A DNA stretch of 64,000 bases from an uncultured Acidobacteriota bacterium (GCA_963813155.1 CAWEYG010000003.1:512001-576000); one strand, 5' to 3'; numbered from the stretch's first letter, positions 52,080-62,486 are shown. Made by a program: numbers and translations. Notes: a model not told the origin generated them from the letters alone.

Positions 52080-52750
52080 TCGGGCTCGCTTTTCCCCCCG
52101 AAATCCCTTGCGATCGCCTCCGCGAGGCGCAGGTCTTCCGGGAACGTGATCTTGAACGCCAGGCGCGACACGGGCACGGCCGCGACGCGGATTCCGATCG
52201 CTTCGCAGCGCGAGGCCTCGTCGGTGCCGGGCGGCGCTTCCGAGATCGCCCGCCGCAGGACATCGCCCCGGAAAACCTGCGGCGTCGCGGCCGCCGCGAC
52301 CTCTTCGCGGTCGAGCGTCCCGAGAATCCATTCGCCGTCCCAACGTTTCAGCGTGTCCGCGACCCGAATGACCGCGATCGCAGCGCCCGTTTCTTCGGCG
52401 GCGTCGATGACCGCCTGAACCTCTTCCGGCTCGACGAACGCCCGCGCCGCGTCGTGAATGACGACGAAGTCGCGCGGCCCCGGCGCGAGGTAGTCGACGC
52501 CGAGCGCGACGGATTCGGCTCGAGTGCTGCCGCCGGCGATGACCGGCCACCGGTGGCGCAGCGCCGCCCCGAACTGTTCTTCGAGTCCCGCCGGTGAGAG
52601 AACGATGCCCTTCTCGAACGGCATCGACGCGAACGTCTTCAGCGAGAACGAAAGGAGAGGACGCCCATGGACCGGAACGAGAGCCTTCGAGACGGATCCG
52701 CCGAGCCGATCGCCGCGGCCGGCCGCCGGGATCAGAAGGTGCAGGCTCAA
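52076..52750 (-). CDS. ispD: 2-C-methyl-D-erythritol 4-phosphate cytidylyltransferase
   Basis: IPAAGRGDRLG, GGSTRAESV, IHDAAR, TPQVF, KITFPEDL; TTG overlaps the frr stop. Confidence 0.93.
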   Translation of the reverse strand: MSLHLLIPAAGRGDRLGGSVSKALVPVHGRPLLSFSLKTFASMPFEKGIVLSPAGLEEQFGAALRHRWPVIAGGSTRAESVALGVDYLAPGPRDFVVIHDAARAFVEPEEVQAVIDAAEETGAAIAVIRVADTLKRWDGEWILGTLDREEVAAAATPQVFRGDVLRRAISEAPPGTDEASRCEAIGIRVAAVPVSRLAFKITFPEDLRLAEAIARDFGGKSEPE

Positions 52751-53301
52751 ACCTTCAGAATCTCTTCTTCCTTGGCCTTCAGGAGCGCGTCGATCTCCGA
52801 GATCTTCTTGTCGGTCAGTTTCTGGACTTCGTCGAGGCCGCGCTTCTCGTCGTCTTCGGAGATCGCCTTGTCTTTCTTCATCTTCTTCAGCGTGTCGTTG
52901 GCCTCGTGACGAAATCGCCGCACCTCGACGCGGACCTCCTCCGCCAGGTGGTGCCCCTTCTTCACGATCTCCTTTCGCCGCTCCTCCGTCGGCTGCGGGA
53001 CGGGAATCCGCACGACCTTTCCGTCCGACACGGGATTCAAGCCGAGGTCCGCCTTTCGGATCGCCTTGTCGATCTCCCCGCAAAGGGACGGGTCCCAGGG
53101 TTGAGCGACGAGGAGGCTCGACTCGGGAACGGTCAGGTTGCACACCTGCTTCAGGGGCGTCTCGACTCCGTACGAGGAAACCATCACCCCCTCGAGCAAC
53201 GCGGCGGACGCGCGCCCGGTGCGCAGCGTGCCCAGCTGGTGTTTCAGCGCGTCCAGGGCGGCGACCATCTTCTTTTCGACGTCTTGAATTTCGTTTCTCA
53301 T
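52747..53301 (-). CDS. frr: Ribosome recycling factor
   Basis: LRTGRAS, LGLNP, TEERRKE, ISEDD. Confidence 0.98.
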   Translation of the reverse strand: MRNEIQDVEKKMVAALDALKHQLGTLRTGRASAALLEGVMVSSYGVETPLKQVCNLTVPESSLLVAQPWDPSLCGEIDKAIRKADLGLNPVSDGKVVRIPVPQPTEERRKEIVKKGHHLAEEVRVEVRRFRHEANDTLKKMKKDKAISEDDEKRGLDEVQKLTDKKISEIDALLKAKEEEILKV

Positions 53302-53344
53302 GATTCTCTCTCGGCTCTCCCTCTTTCTCCGCTCTCGTCCGGTC

Positions 53345-54088
53345 TCAGAAGGTCTGACCCGCCCGGGCGACGACTTCGTCGACGACGAGCGACCCGATGT
53401 CCGACCCTTCGACGACCCGGCGGATGTTCCCGGCGGTCAGCAGATTGAAGACCTTGATCGGGATGCGGTTGTCGCGGCAGAGCGCGACGGCGGCCGCGTC
53501 CATGACCTTCAGGTCCTGTTCGAGCGCCTGGCGGTACGTCACGAACGGAAGCAGCTTCGCGTTGCGGTCGAGCCTGGGATCCGCCGTGTAGACGCCGTCG
53601 ACGCGCGTCGCCTTGAGGAGAACGTCCGCTCGAATTTCGTTCGCGCGCAGCGCGGCCGCCGTGTCGGTCGTGAAGAACGGGTTTCCCGTGCCGCCGACGA
53701 ATAGAACGACCCTCTTCTTTTCCAGGTGGCGCATGGCGCGGCGGCGGATGAACGGCTCGGCGATCTGGCGCATCTCGATTGCGGAGATGAGCCGGGTGCT
53801 GATGTCACGTTTTTCGAGGGCGTCCTGCATCGCGAGCCCGTTGATGATCGTCGCGAGCATGCCCATGTGGTCGCCCGAGACTCGGTCGATGCCGGACGCC
53901 GCGGCCGTGACGCCGCGGATGATGTTCCCGCCGCCGAGGACGAGCGCCGTCTCCGTGCCGAGGCCGTGGACCTCCGCGATCTCGTCCGCGATCCGCGAGA
54001 TCCGCTCGGGGTCGATCCCGAACGAGCGGTCGCCCATGAGGGCTTCGCCGGAGATCTTGAGGAGGATTCTTTTGTAGACCGCGCCCAC
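53345..54088 (-). CDS. pyrH: UMP kinase
   Basis: [27 protein letters not shown]; GTG start at 54088. Confidence 0.97.
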   Translation of the reverse strand: MGAVYKRILLKISGEALMGDRSFGIDPERISRIADEIAEVHGLGTETALVLGGGNIIRGVTAAASGIDRVSGDHMGMLATIINGLAMQDALEKRDISTRLISAIEMRQIAEPFIRRRAMRHLEKKRVVLFVGGTGNPFFTTDTAAALRANEIRADVLLKATRVDGVYTADPRLDRNAKLLPFVTYRQALEQDLKVMDAAAVALCRDNRIPIKVFNLLTAGNIRRVVEGSDIGSLVVDEVVARAGQTF

Positions 54089-54123
54089 GGGAGGGATTCT
54101 AAACGAATCCGCGGTCCGTGTAT

Positions 54124-55032
54124 CTACCGGCTTTGCGCCGCGACTTCCGCCGCGAAATCGTTCTCGCGCTTCGCGAGGCCTTCGCCGAGCTTGTAGCGGA
54201 GGAACCGCAGCCCCTGCGCCTTCTCTCCCCCGCGAGCCTTCAGCACCTGGCCCACCGTCTGCTTGTCGTCGCGGACGTACGCCTGCTCGAGAAGGACCGC
54301 ATCCTGGTAGAACTTCTCGACCTTGCCGTCGGCGATCTTCTCGATGACCGGGGCGGGCTTGCCGGAGGCCGCGGCCTGGGCCTTCGCGATTTCGCGCTCG
54401 GCGTCCAGAACGCTTTGCGGCACGTCTTCCTTGCGGCCGAACCGCGGCTCCGCCGCGGCGACGTGCATCGCGACGTCGCGGGCGAGGTCCGCCGGGCCTC
54501 CCGGAATGCCGATCAGCACGCCGATGCGGCCGTTGCCGTGAACGTAGGTCGAGAAGACCTCGCCGGGCGTCGCCGTCCATCTCGCGAACCGCCGAATCGA
54601 CATGTTCTCGCCGATCCGGCCGACAAGGTGCGCGAGCGCCTCGCCGATCGTCGCGCCTTCTTCCGTCGGGGACGAGAGCGACGCAAGCGCCGCCACCTCG
54701 CCGTCCGAGGTGTCGCCGAAAGCGGAGTGCACCGCGATCCGCTCGGAGAGCTTCTCGACGAGGACCTGGAATTCTTCCGTCTTCGCGACGAAATCGGTCT
54801 CGCAGTTGACTTCCAGCAGCACCGCCGCCTGCGGATGGACCTTCGCGGAAACGAGACCCTCCGTCGCGGCCCGGCCGGCCTTCTTCGCGGCGGCGGCGAG
54901 ACCCTTCTTGCGGAGGATCTTCGTCGCTTCCTCGGAATCGCCGTTGGCTTCCTTGAGCGCGGCCTTGCACTCCATCATCCCCGCGCCGGTGGCCTGGCGC
55001 AGGTCGTTGACCATCTTCGCGGTGATTTCCAT
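54124..55032 (-). CDS. tsf: Elongation factor Ts
   Basis: [24 protein letters not shown]. Confidence 0.98.
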   Translation of the reverse strand: MEITAKMVNDLRQATGAGMMECKAALKEANGDSEEATKILRKKGLAAAAKKAGRAATEGLVSAKVHPQAAVLLEVNCETDFVAKTEEFQVLVEKLSERIAVHSAFGDTSDGEVAALASLSSPTEEGATIGEALAHLVGRIGENMSIRRFARWTATPGEVFSTYVHGNGRIGVLIGIPGGPADLARDVAMHVAAAEPRFGRKEDVPQSVLDAEREIAKAQAAASGKPAPVIEKIADGKVEKFYQDAVLLEQAYVRDDKQTVGQVLKARGGEKAQGLRFLRYKLGEGLAKRENDFAAEVAAQSR

Positions 55033-55038
55033 GGCGTT

Positions 55039-55800
55039 CTACCCGGCCACGGCGCCGAAAGTCTCGGAGCTCTCCGCCGCCGGAGTCTCCGCGGGCTCAC
55101 CGCCGATCCGCTCGTCATGGGCGTGCAGACCTTCGAGAATGGAATCGGCAACCTTGCTCGTGAAAAGGCGAATCGCGCGGATCGCGTCGTCGTTTCCGGG
55201 GATCACGTAATCCACCAGCTCCGGGTCGCAGTTCGTGTCGACGACGGCGACGATCGGGATCTTCAGGGAGTGCGCCTCTTTGACGGCGATGTGCTCTTTC
55301 TTCGGATCGATGATGAAGAGAGCGTCGGGCAGCTCGTCCATTTCCTTGATCCCGGAGAGATTCTTCTCGAGCTTCTCTTTTTCCCGTTCGAGACGGATGC
55401 GCTCTTTCTTCGTCAGGTTCTCGTTGTCCGTGTCGGTCAGCGAGGCCTCGATCTCTTTCAACCGGTGAATCGACTTGCGAATCGTCGTGAAATTCGTCAG
55501 CGTGCCGCCGAGCCAGCGGGTGTTCACGAAGAACATTCCGCAGCGATTCGCCTCTTCGTAGACGGCGTCCTGCGCCTGTCTCTTGGTGCCCACGAAAAGG
55601 ATGTTCTTGCCGGCGACGGCAAGCGATGTCACGAATTCCGAGGCTTGTTTGAACTGCTTGAGCGTCTTTTGCAGGTCGATGATGTAGATCCCGTTGCGCT
55701 TTCCAAAAATGAACTTCTTCATTTTCGGGTTCCAGCGCTTCGTCTGATGACCGAAATGGACGCCAGCCTCGAGCAGTTCTTTCATCGAAATAGAAGCCAG
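55039..55800 (-). CDS. rpsB: 30S ribosomal protein S2 (probable CTG start)
   Basis: [28 protein letters not shown]; SD AAGGAGG 6 nt before the CTG at 55800. Confidence 0.98.
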   Translation of the reverse strand: MASISMKELLEAGVHFGHQTKRWNPKMKKFIFGKRNGIYIIDLQKTLKQFKQASEFVTSLAVAGKNILFVGTKRQAQDAVYEEANRCGMFFVNTRWLGGTLTNFTTIRKSIHRLKEIEASLTDTDNENLTKKERIRLEREKEKLEKNLSGIKEMDELPDALFIIDPKKEHIAVKEAHSLKIPIVAVVDTNCDPELVDYVIPGNDDAIRAIRLFTSKVADSILEGLHAHDERIGGEPAETPAAESSETFGAVAG

Positions 55801-55857
55801 ATCACACCTCCTTCAAAACCGCGGAAAGGCCGGAATGGCTTTTCCGAAACAGCAAAA

Positions 55858-56253
55858 TCAACGTTTCGAGAACTGGAACCGGGCTCGCGCGCCCTTCTGC
55901 CCGTACTTCTTGCGCTCCTTGACCCGCGAGTCGCGGGTGAGGAGACCTTCCTTTTTCAGCTTCGGGCGCAATTCCGCGTTGTAAACGAGGAGCGCGCGGG
56001 AAATCCCGTGCCGGATCGCGCCGGCCTGGCCGGCGGGTCCCCCTCCCATGACGGTGACGCCGATGTCGAATTTGTCGGCCGTCTCGGTCAGAGCGAGGGG
56101 CTGCCGGATGATCATCTTGAGGACCTTGTTCGGAAAGTACTCGTCGAACGGATGGTCGTTGACCTTGATCTCGCCCGATCCGGGCCTGAGGTAGACGCGG
56201 GCCACCGCTTCCTTGCGTCGGCCCGTTCCGTAGTACTGAAGCGTCGATGCCAA
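55858..56253 (-). CDS. rpsI: 30S ribosomal protein S9
   Basis: [17 protein letters not shown]. Confidence 0.99.
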   Translation of the reverse strand: MASTLQYYGTGRRKEAVARVYLRPGSGEIKVNDHPFDEYFPNKVLKMIIRQPLALTETADKFDIGVTVMGGGPAGQAGAIRHGISRALLVYNAELRPKLKKEGLLTRDSRVKERKKYGQKGARARFQFSKR

Positions 56254-56266
56254 GTGGACCTCCTCC

Positions 56267-56707
56267 TTATGCCCGCGCCGCGATCGTCTTCGGGCGCTGC
56301 GCCTCGTGCGGGTGCGTGGACCCGGCGTAAACTTTCAGCTTCTTGAACTGCTTCCGGCCGAGGGAATTCTTCGGAAGCATTCCCTTGACGGCTTCCTCGA
56401 TCATTTTCTCGGGGTGCTTCGCCCGCATTTCCGCGGCGGGCGTCGAACGGAGGCCGCCCGGAAAACCCGTGTGGCGCCGGTAGACCTTCGCCTGCTCCTT
56501 CGCGCCCGTCAGGACCGCCTTTTCGGCGTTGATGACGACGACGAAGTCCCCGTTGTCCAGCGACGGCGAATACGCCGCCTTGTTCTTGCCCATCAGAATC
56601 TTCGCGGCGCGGGACGCGATCCGCCCGACCGCCGTCCCCTGCGCGTCGACCACGTACCAGTTGTGCCGAACCTGGTCCCTCTTGACCACCATCGTCTTCG
56701 AAGACAT
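56267..56707 (-). CDS. rplM: 50S ribosomal protein L13
   Basis: [28 protein letters not shown]. Confidence 0.98.
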   Translation of the reverse strand: MSSKTMVVKRDQVRHNWYVVDAQGTAVGRIASRAAKILMGKNKAAYSPSLDNGDFVVVINAEKAVLTGAKEQAKVYRRHTGFPGGLRSTPAAEMRAKHPEKMIEEAVKGMLPKNSLGRKQFKKLKVYAGSTHPHEAQRPKTIAARA

Positions 56708-56807
56708 CCACACTCCAATTGACTTGCGTCGGAACCTTAACTCCGGACGCCGTCGCGCGGCGCCACACCGACCCGGACGCAGTACTCCCTTCGGCAAGGG
56801 GACGAAC

Positions 56808-56836
56808 AAGATAACGGGAACCCGGCGCAGTGTCAA
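56808..56836 (-). promoter_or_regulatory. Sigma70-type promoter of the rplM operon
   Basis: TTGACA-17 nt-TATCTT. Confidence 0.82.
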
Positions 56837-56878
56837 GCGCTTAGCAGGCCGCTGAATCCGGGTTAAGCTGCCCGCGAC

Positions 56879-57574
56879 ATGACGGATCTCGACAAATCCG
56901 GCGCCACGATCTCCGGGATGTTTTCGTCGATTGCCGGCCGGTACGACTTCCTCAACCACGTCCTTTCGGCAAATTGGGACCGCCGCTGGCGGCGAATCGC
57001 AGCCGGTTCCCTCAACGGGCGCCACCGGAGGGTGCTCGACCTGGCCACCGGAACCGGCGACCTCGCGATCGCGGTCGGGAGAGAGGGACGCACGGTCGCC
57101 GGAGCGGATTTCTGCCTCGACATGCTCGCCATCGCCCGGGTGAAGACCCGGAAATCCGGCTCGCGCCCCGTCGCGCTTTCCGCGGCCGACGCGCTCCGCC
57201 TGCCGTTCGGCGACGCGTCGTTCGACGCCGTCACGGTCGGTTTCGGCGTGCGGAATTTTGCCGATCTTTCGCGGGGGCTGTCGGAGATCCGGCGCGTCCT
57301 CCGGCCCGGCGGAAAGCTCCTGATCCTCGAGTTTTCGCAGCCGCGAGGCCTATGGGGCGCGCTGTATCGCTCGTATTCCGGCCGCGTTCTTCCGCGAATC
57401 GGGAAGCTGCTGTCCGGCTCACGCCCGGCGTACGAGTACCTGAGCCGTTCGGCGAGGGAGTGGCCGGCGAAGGAGGAGTTTTCCTCGGCGCTCGAGCGGT
57501 CCGGGTTCTCGAACGTCTCTGCGCGAACGCTCGCGCTCGGCGTCGTGGCCCTTCACGAGGCCGTCAAGCCATGA
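56879..57574 (+). CDS. menG: Demethylmenaquinone/ubiquinone methyltransferase (UbiE/MenG)
   Basis: [38 protein letters not shown]. Confidence 0.93.
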   Translation: MTDLDKSGATISGMFSSIAGRYDFLNHVLSANWDRRWRRIAAGSLNGRHRRVLDLATGTGDLAIAVGREGRTVAGADFCLDMLAIARVKTRKSGSRPVALSAADALRLPFGDASFDAVTVGFGVRNFADLSRGLSEIRRVLRPGGKLLILEFSQPRGLWGALYRSYSGRVLPRIGKLLSGSRPAYEYLSRSAREWPAKEEFSSALERSGFSNVSARTLALGVVALHEAVKP

Positions 57575-58419
57575 GCGCGCGAGTCCTCGAGGGCACCGGC
57601 CTCGCGGAAATTCTGCGTTCCGAAGCGGCCCGGGAAGCAAGATCGTTCGCGGAAACGGCCGGGCGGCCCCCGGGTCTCCGCGTTATCCTCGTCGGCGACG
57701 ATCCGGGGTCCGCGGTCTACGTCCGGTCCAAGGAGAAAGCGGCTCTGGCGGCGGGGCTGCTGGCCGAGACCGTCCGGCTCCCCTCCTCCGCTTCGGAGGC
57801 CGAGCTCCTCGACCAGGTCGCCGACGCGAATCGCTCGACCCGGATCGACGGCCTCCTCGTCCAGATGCCTCTCCCGGCGGCGATCCGCCCCCGGAAGGTC
57901 CTCGACGCGATCGATCCCTCGAAAGACGTCGACGGCTTTCATCCCGTCAACGTCGGCCTGCTCCAGCAGGGGCGTCCCCGCTTCGTCCCCTGCACGCCCG
58001 CGGGAATCCTCGAGCTGCTTCGCCGCGAGAATCTTCCGATCGAGGGCCGGCACGCGGTCATCGTCGGCCGCAGCGAAATCGTCGGAAAACCGATGGCCGC
58101 GCTGCTCCTCGGCGCGAATGCGACGGTCACGATCGCCCACTCGAAGACGCGAGATCTTCCGGCCGTCTGCCGGACGGCGGACATCCTCGTCGTCGCGATG
58201 GGCAAGGCCCGCTTCGTCACCCGCGATTTCATCCGCCCCGGAGCGGTCGTGATCGACGTCGGGATCAACCGCCTCGACACGGGCCTCTGCGGCGACGTCG
58301 ACTTCGAGGCGGCGCGCGAAGTCGCCTCCGCGATCACGCCGGTTCCGAAGGGCGTCGGCCCGCTCACCGTTGCGATGCTCCTGAAGAACACGGTGAAGGC
58401 GGCCGTGGAGAGGGGCTGA
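57571..58419 (+). CDS. folD: Methylenetetrahydrofolate dehydrogenase/cyclohydrolase
   Basis: YVRSK, KDVDGFHP, PCTP, GRSEIVGKP, TPVPKGVGP. Confidence 0.97.
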   Translation: MSARVLEGTGLAEILRSEAAREARSFAETAGRPPGLRVILVGDDPGSAVYVRSKEKAALAAGLLAETVRLPSSASEAELLDQVADANRSTRIDGLLVQMPLPAAIRPRKVLDAIDPSKDVDGFHPVNVGLLQQGRPRFVPCTPAGILELLRRENLPIEGRHAVIVGRSEIVGKPMAALLLGANATVTIAHSKTRDLPAVCRTADILVVAMGKARFVTRDFIRPGAVVIDVGINRLDTGLCGDVDFEAAREVASAITPVPKGVGPLTVAMLLKNTVKAAVERG

Positions 58420-58423
58420 GGTC

Positions 58424-59026
58424 GTGCTCCGAGTCGGGTTGACCGGCGGCGTCGCGTCGGGGAAAACGACGGCTGGCGAATTCTTCGCGAAGCTCGGCGC
58501 GGCGGTTTTCGACGCGGACCGGATCGTCGCGGAGTCGTACGAGCCGGGACAGCCCGGAACGCGAGCCGTCTCGGAGCTCTTCGGCAAGGAGTTCGTTCGC
58601 CCCGGGGGCGCCGTGGACAAGGCGAGAGTCGCCGCCCGCGTCTTCCAGGACGACGCGGCGCGCCGCCAGCTGGAAGCGGCGATTCATCCGCTCGTCGTTT
58701 CGGAGCTTCGAAAGCGTTTCGCCGCGGCCGAAAAAGAGGGCCGCAACGTCGCTGTTGCCGAAGCCTCGCAGATCTTCGAGGCGGGATACGAGAACGAGTT
58801 TGACCGCGTGGTTCTCGTCGTCTCGCCTGAAATCGCCCGGATGAAGCGATGGCGGGAGAAGGGCCTCGAACCCGAAGAGCTCTCCCGGCGCATGGCCGCC
58901 CAGGTCGTGGAGAACGAGGCGCGAAAGAAGGCCGACGACGTGATCGTGAACACCGGGACCCCGGAAGAGCTCCGCGAAAAAGTCGAAGCCCTCTTCGCCG
59001 GATGGAATCGGGGGCCGGGGACCTAG
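58424..59026 (+). CDS. coaE: Dephospho-CoA kinase
   Basis: VGLTGGVASGKTT, DAD, AIHP. Confidence 0.93.
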   Translation: MLRVGLTGGVASGKTTAGEFFAKLGAAVFDADRIVAESYEPGQPGTRAVSELFGKEFVRPGGAVDKARVAARVFQDDAARRQLEAAIHPLVVSELRKRFAAAEKEGRNVAVAEASQIFEAGYENEFDRVVLVVSPEIARMKRWREKGLEPEELSRRMAAQVVENEARKKADDVIVNTGTPEELREKVEALFAGWNRGPGT

Positions 59027-59571
59027 ATCTTCTCCCTCTGGAGCCTCGCCCGGAGCTCCTCCCACGCCTTTCGGCGATGGGAAATCGCGTTTTTTTCTTC
59101 CGCCGTCATTTCCGCGAACGTCCGGTCGGATCCGAGGGGAATGAAGATCGAATCCCAGCCGAAACCGCGATCCCCCCGGGGCTTCGGCGCAATCGACCCT
59201 TCGAGGCGGCCGACGGCCGTCACCTGGGCGGTCTCCGACCGGTACGCGAGGACGCAGAGCGCCGTCGCGGCGCGGTCGGCGAATCCGTCGAGGGACCGGC
59301 AGAGAGCCTCGAGACCCGCGGACTGTTCGAACCACTTGATGAACGGCCCGGGCAGGCCCCCCCAGGCCGAGAAACCCAGAGCCGAGTCTTCGACGACGCA
59401 CGCGCGCTCGAGCCGGCGAAAGGCCTCCCGCGACTTTTCGCGCGCGACCTCTTCGACGGTCGCCGCCTGGATCTCCGGCAGGTCGATCTCCACCTGCTCG
59501 AGATTTCGCCCGAAAATCTCGCGTGCCTCGCGCGCCTTCCCCTCCGAGCCGGTCACCAGAACGAGGTCCAT
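59023..59571 (-). CDS. rdgB: Non-canonical purine NTP pyrophosphatase (Ham1/RdgB)
   Basis: VEDSAL, GLPGPFIKWF, FGWDSIF, KNAISHR. Confidence 0.93.
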   Translation of the reverse strand: MDLVLVTGSEGKAREAREIFGRNLEQVEIDLPEIQAATVEEVAREKSREAFRRLERACVVEDSALGFSAWGGLPGPFIKWFEQSAGLEALCRSLDGFADRAATALCVLAYRSETAQVTAVGRLEGSIAPKPRGDRGFGWDSIFIPLGSDRTFAEMTAEEKNAISHRRKAWEELRARLQREKI

Positions 59572-59690
59572 GTCCCGATTATGCGCCATCCCTCCCGCCT
59601 TCGCCGCGAGTCAACCTTCCCCGGTCTTCGCTCGTCCAGATATCTATAATGATTGCGGCCTGTGAGAGTGTCTTGACTGAATCCGGACGC

Positions 59691-61376
59691 ATGTGCGACC
59701 AGTGCGGGGCCCCGAACGCGGCGCCCTCCCGGTATTGCTCCGCCTGCGGCTCCGAGATTGTGATGTTCAAGCCCGGCGAAATCGTCGACGGCAAGTACGA
59801 GATCCTCGGCAAAGTGGCCGAAGGCGGTATGGGCGAGGTTTATCGCGCCCGGCATCTCCATCTCGACGACGTTCGGATCATCAAGGTGATGAAGACGCTC
59901 GGCGGCGACGACGCGACCTCGCAGCGCCGATTCTCCGAGGAAGCGCGGCTCGCGACCCAGGTCCGGCATCCGAACGTCGCCGCCCTGTACGATTTCTCGA
60001 AGCTTCCGTCCGGCAGTTACTACATGGTCTGGGAGTTCATTGACGGCGAAACCCTGCTCCACCGTCTCCGCCGGGTGGGCCGGCTGTCGCCGGAAGAAGC
60101 GATCGACATCGGAATCCAGGTTCTCTCCGGTCTCGGCGAAATTCACCGGACCCGCGTCGTCCACCGCGACGTCTCTCCGGACAACATCATGATCGTCGTC
60201 CGGGACGGGCGGCGCGTCGCGAAAATCATCGATCTCGGCATCGCGAAGAGGATCGCGCAGGACCGGCTCGGCATGACGGCCACCGGGATGTTCCTCGGAA
60301 AGCTCAAATACTGCTCTCCCGAGCAGGCCGGGGCGGCAGGCGGCGAAACGCTCGACGGCCGGAGCGACCTGTATTCGTTCGGCGCCGTCCTCTACGAAAT
60401 GCTCTCCGGAAAGCCGCTGTTCGAGTCGCCGACGCCGGAGGGCTACATCGTCAAGCACCTTCAGGAAGCGCCGCCCGTTCTTCTCCGCGACGACCTTCCC
60501 CGGGAGACCGGTTTCCGGCTGTCGGAAATCGTCGACCGGGCGTTGCGAAAGGACCGGGACCGGCGCTTTCAGACCGCGGCGGAGTTCTCGGCCGCGCTCG
60601 CAGCTCTTCTTCCGGTCACGGCGACGATGCCGACCGTTCGATCGGCCGCAGGCGACCACGATCCGACGCTGCCGCTCGAGACTCCGCCCGCCGGCACGAC
60701 GGTCGTCCGGCCCCGGCGCGACGGGGCGCGTTCCCGCGCCCTCGGCGCGGCAGCCGCGTTTTTTCTCTTCGGGGCGCTCGTCATCGGATACGCCTGGAGA
60801 TCCGCCCGCCGGGAAGCGCTCCCGCCGGCGGTATCCGCCCCGGCCGTCCCGCCACCGCCGAGCGCGAAGCCGTCGACGCCTCCGGCGCCCGCGATCGAGA
60901 TCGCGGCTCCACCCCGGATCGTCGAAGCGCCCGGGCCTGCCGCTCCGGTCCCGAAAGCCCGGCGGGCGCCCGCGACGCCGCCCGAAAGCGCGCCGGTCCC
61001 GGCTCCGCCGAAACCGCCCGCTCCGCCCGACGAATCCGCGGCGATTGCGAGATTCGAACAACTCCGCGAAACCGCTGAGAAAGGGTCGCTCCGCGACGTC
61101 GACGCGTTCGTCGATTTCGTCGCGACCTATTTATCCGCCAACCCCGGGACCGCGTTCACCGGCTCGCTCCGTTCCCTCCCCGAGAGGCTCAGGGCCCGAG
61201 GCGACAAGGCGTACGCCAGCGGCCATCCCTGGAGGGCGCTTCGGATCTACCAGATCTGCAGCCGCCTGCCGTCCGCGCCCAACGACCCCGAGTTCGCCGA
61301 ACGGCTTACCGAGCTCCGGGCGCGGCTGCAGGGCCGCCGGCAAATGCTCCGCCGCGAATCCCCGCCGCCGGGATAG
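59691..61376 (+). CDS. Membrane Ser/Thr protein kinase with N-terminal zinc ribbon
   Basis: CDQC..CSAC; GGMGEVY, HRDVSPDN, DLG, SPEQ, DLYSFG; TM helix then Pro-rich linker; start could be 59649 or 59673. Confidence 0.9.
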   Translation: MCDQCGAPNAAPSRYCSACGSEIVMFKPGEIVDGKYEILGKVAEGGMGEVYRARHLHLDDVRIIKVMKTLGGDDATSQRRFSEEARLATQVRHPNVAALYDFSKLPSGSYYMVWEFIDGETLLHRLRRVGRLSPEEAIDIGIQVLSGLGEIHRTRVVHRDVSPDNIMIVVRDGRRVAKIIDLGIAKRIAQDRLGMTATGMFLGKLKYCSPEQAGAAGGETLDGRSDLYSFGAVLYEMLSGKPLFESPTPEGYIVKHLQEAPPVLLRDDLPRETGFRLSEIVDRALRKDRDRRFQTAAEFSAALAALLPVTATMPTVRSAAGDHDPTLPLETPPAGTTVVRPRRDGARSRALGAAAAFFLFGALVIGYAWRSARREALPPAVSAPAVPPPPSAKPSTPPAPAIEIAAPPRIVEAPGPAAPVPKARRAPATPPESAPVPAPPKPPAPPDESAAIARFEQLRETAEKGSLRDVDAFVDFVATYLSANPGTAFTGSLRSLPERLRARGDKAYASGHPWRALRIYQICSRLPSAPNDPEFAERLTELRARLQGRRQMLRRESPPPG

Positions 61377-61385
61377 CATCGCCGG

Positions 61386-62486
61386 ATGATCTCCGGACGG
61401 GCCACGCCCGCACAGACGCTGGAATTCGCGTCCGCCGCGAAGTGCGCGGATCGCCATTTTCGCCAGGCGTTCGAAGGAATCCACTGCTCGTCGATCGGGC
61501 TCGGCACCTACCTCGGCGAAGAGGACGATGCGACCGACCGCGGATTCGAAGAGTCGATCGCCGTCGCTCTCGCCGGCGGCGTCAATGTCTTCGATTCCGC
61601 GCTCAACTACCGCGGGCAAAGAAGCGAGCGAGCCATCGGCCGGGCGCTCGCGCGCGCCGTCGCCGGAGGCCTCCCGCGGGAGGCGTTCTTCGTCTCGACG
61701 AAGGGGGGCTTTCTTCCCCACGACAGCGGCGACCCCCGCCCCCCCGAGGAGTACGTCCGGGAGGAGTATTTCGAGACAAAGATTCTCGCGCCGGAGGACA
61801 TCGCCGCCGGCTGCCACGCCCTTTCCCCCCGGTTTCTCGCGAAGGCCCTCGAGCAGAGCCGGCGAAACCTGGGCCTTTCGACGATCGATCTCTACTATCT
61901 CCACAATCCCGAGACGCAGCTCCAATCGGTCCCGCGCGACGAGTTCCGGCGGCGCCTTCGGCTCGCGTTCGAATTCCTCGAAGGCGAGGTCGCGAAGGGG
62001 ACGATCGCGCGGTGGGGGCTCGCGACGTGGGATTGCCTCCGGGTGCCGCCCCGCCATCCCGCGCATGTTTCTCTCGAAGAGTGTCTCGCCCTCGCCCGCG
62101 AGGTCGCGGGGGACGGCCACCACCTGGAGGCCGTTCAGGCCCCGGTGAACCTCGCCATGCCCCAGGCGATCGCGTTCCCCTCGCAATCGGCCGGCGGACG
62201 GATGATCCCCCTTCTCGACGCCGCGAGCGAGATGGAACTCGCGGTCTTCTCCTCCGCGTCGATCCTCCAGGGGCGTCTCGCGGAAGCGGACCTCCCGCCG
62301 GAAATCGACGATCTCTTCTCGAACGTTCCCGCCGGGGCCCGGCGCGCCCTCCAGCTCCCGAGGTCTTCTGCCGGCGTCACCGCCGCCCTCGTCGGCGTGT
62401 CGAATCCGGAGCACGCGCGCGAGACATTCGCGCTGTCGAAAATCCCTCCCGCCTCGACGGAGGGGATTCGGGCGCTCTTCGCCTGA
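61386..62486 (+). CDS. Aldo/keto reductase
   Basis: SIGLGTY, FDSALNY, STKGG, IDLYYLHNP. Confidence 0.9.
   Translation: MISGRATPAQTLEFASAAKCADRHFRQAFEGIHCSSIGLGTYLGEEDDATDRGFEESIAVALAGGVNVFDSALNYRGQRSERAIGRALARAVAGGLPREAFFVSTKGGFLPHDSGDPRPPEEYVREEYFETKILAPEDIAAGCHALSPRFLAKALEQSRRNLGLSTIDLYYLHNPETQLQSVPRDEFRRRLRLAFEFLEGEVAKGTIARWGLATWDCLRVPPRHPAHVSLEECLALAREVAGDGHHLEAVQAPVNLAMPQAIAFPSQSAGGRMIPLLDAASEMELAVFSSASILQGRLAEADLPPEIDDLFSNVPAGARRALQLPRSSAGVTAALVGVSNPEHARETFALSKIPPASTEGIRALFA

Noticed and set aside
53345-54970. Long N-terminal extensions in the ORF track for pyrH (likewise rimO, adk, map, infA, ispD, ispF, rlmB, nusG, folD)
   Set aside because: They overlap real upstream genes in alternative frames and give low-complexity Arg/Pro/Gly translations
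60830-61030. GC-rich quasi-repeats
   Set aside because: They encode the Pro/Ala linker of the kinase; no regular repeat-spacer periodicity, not CRISPR
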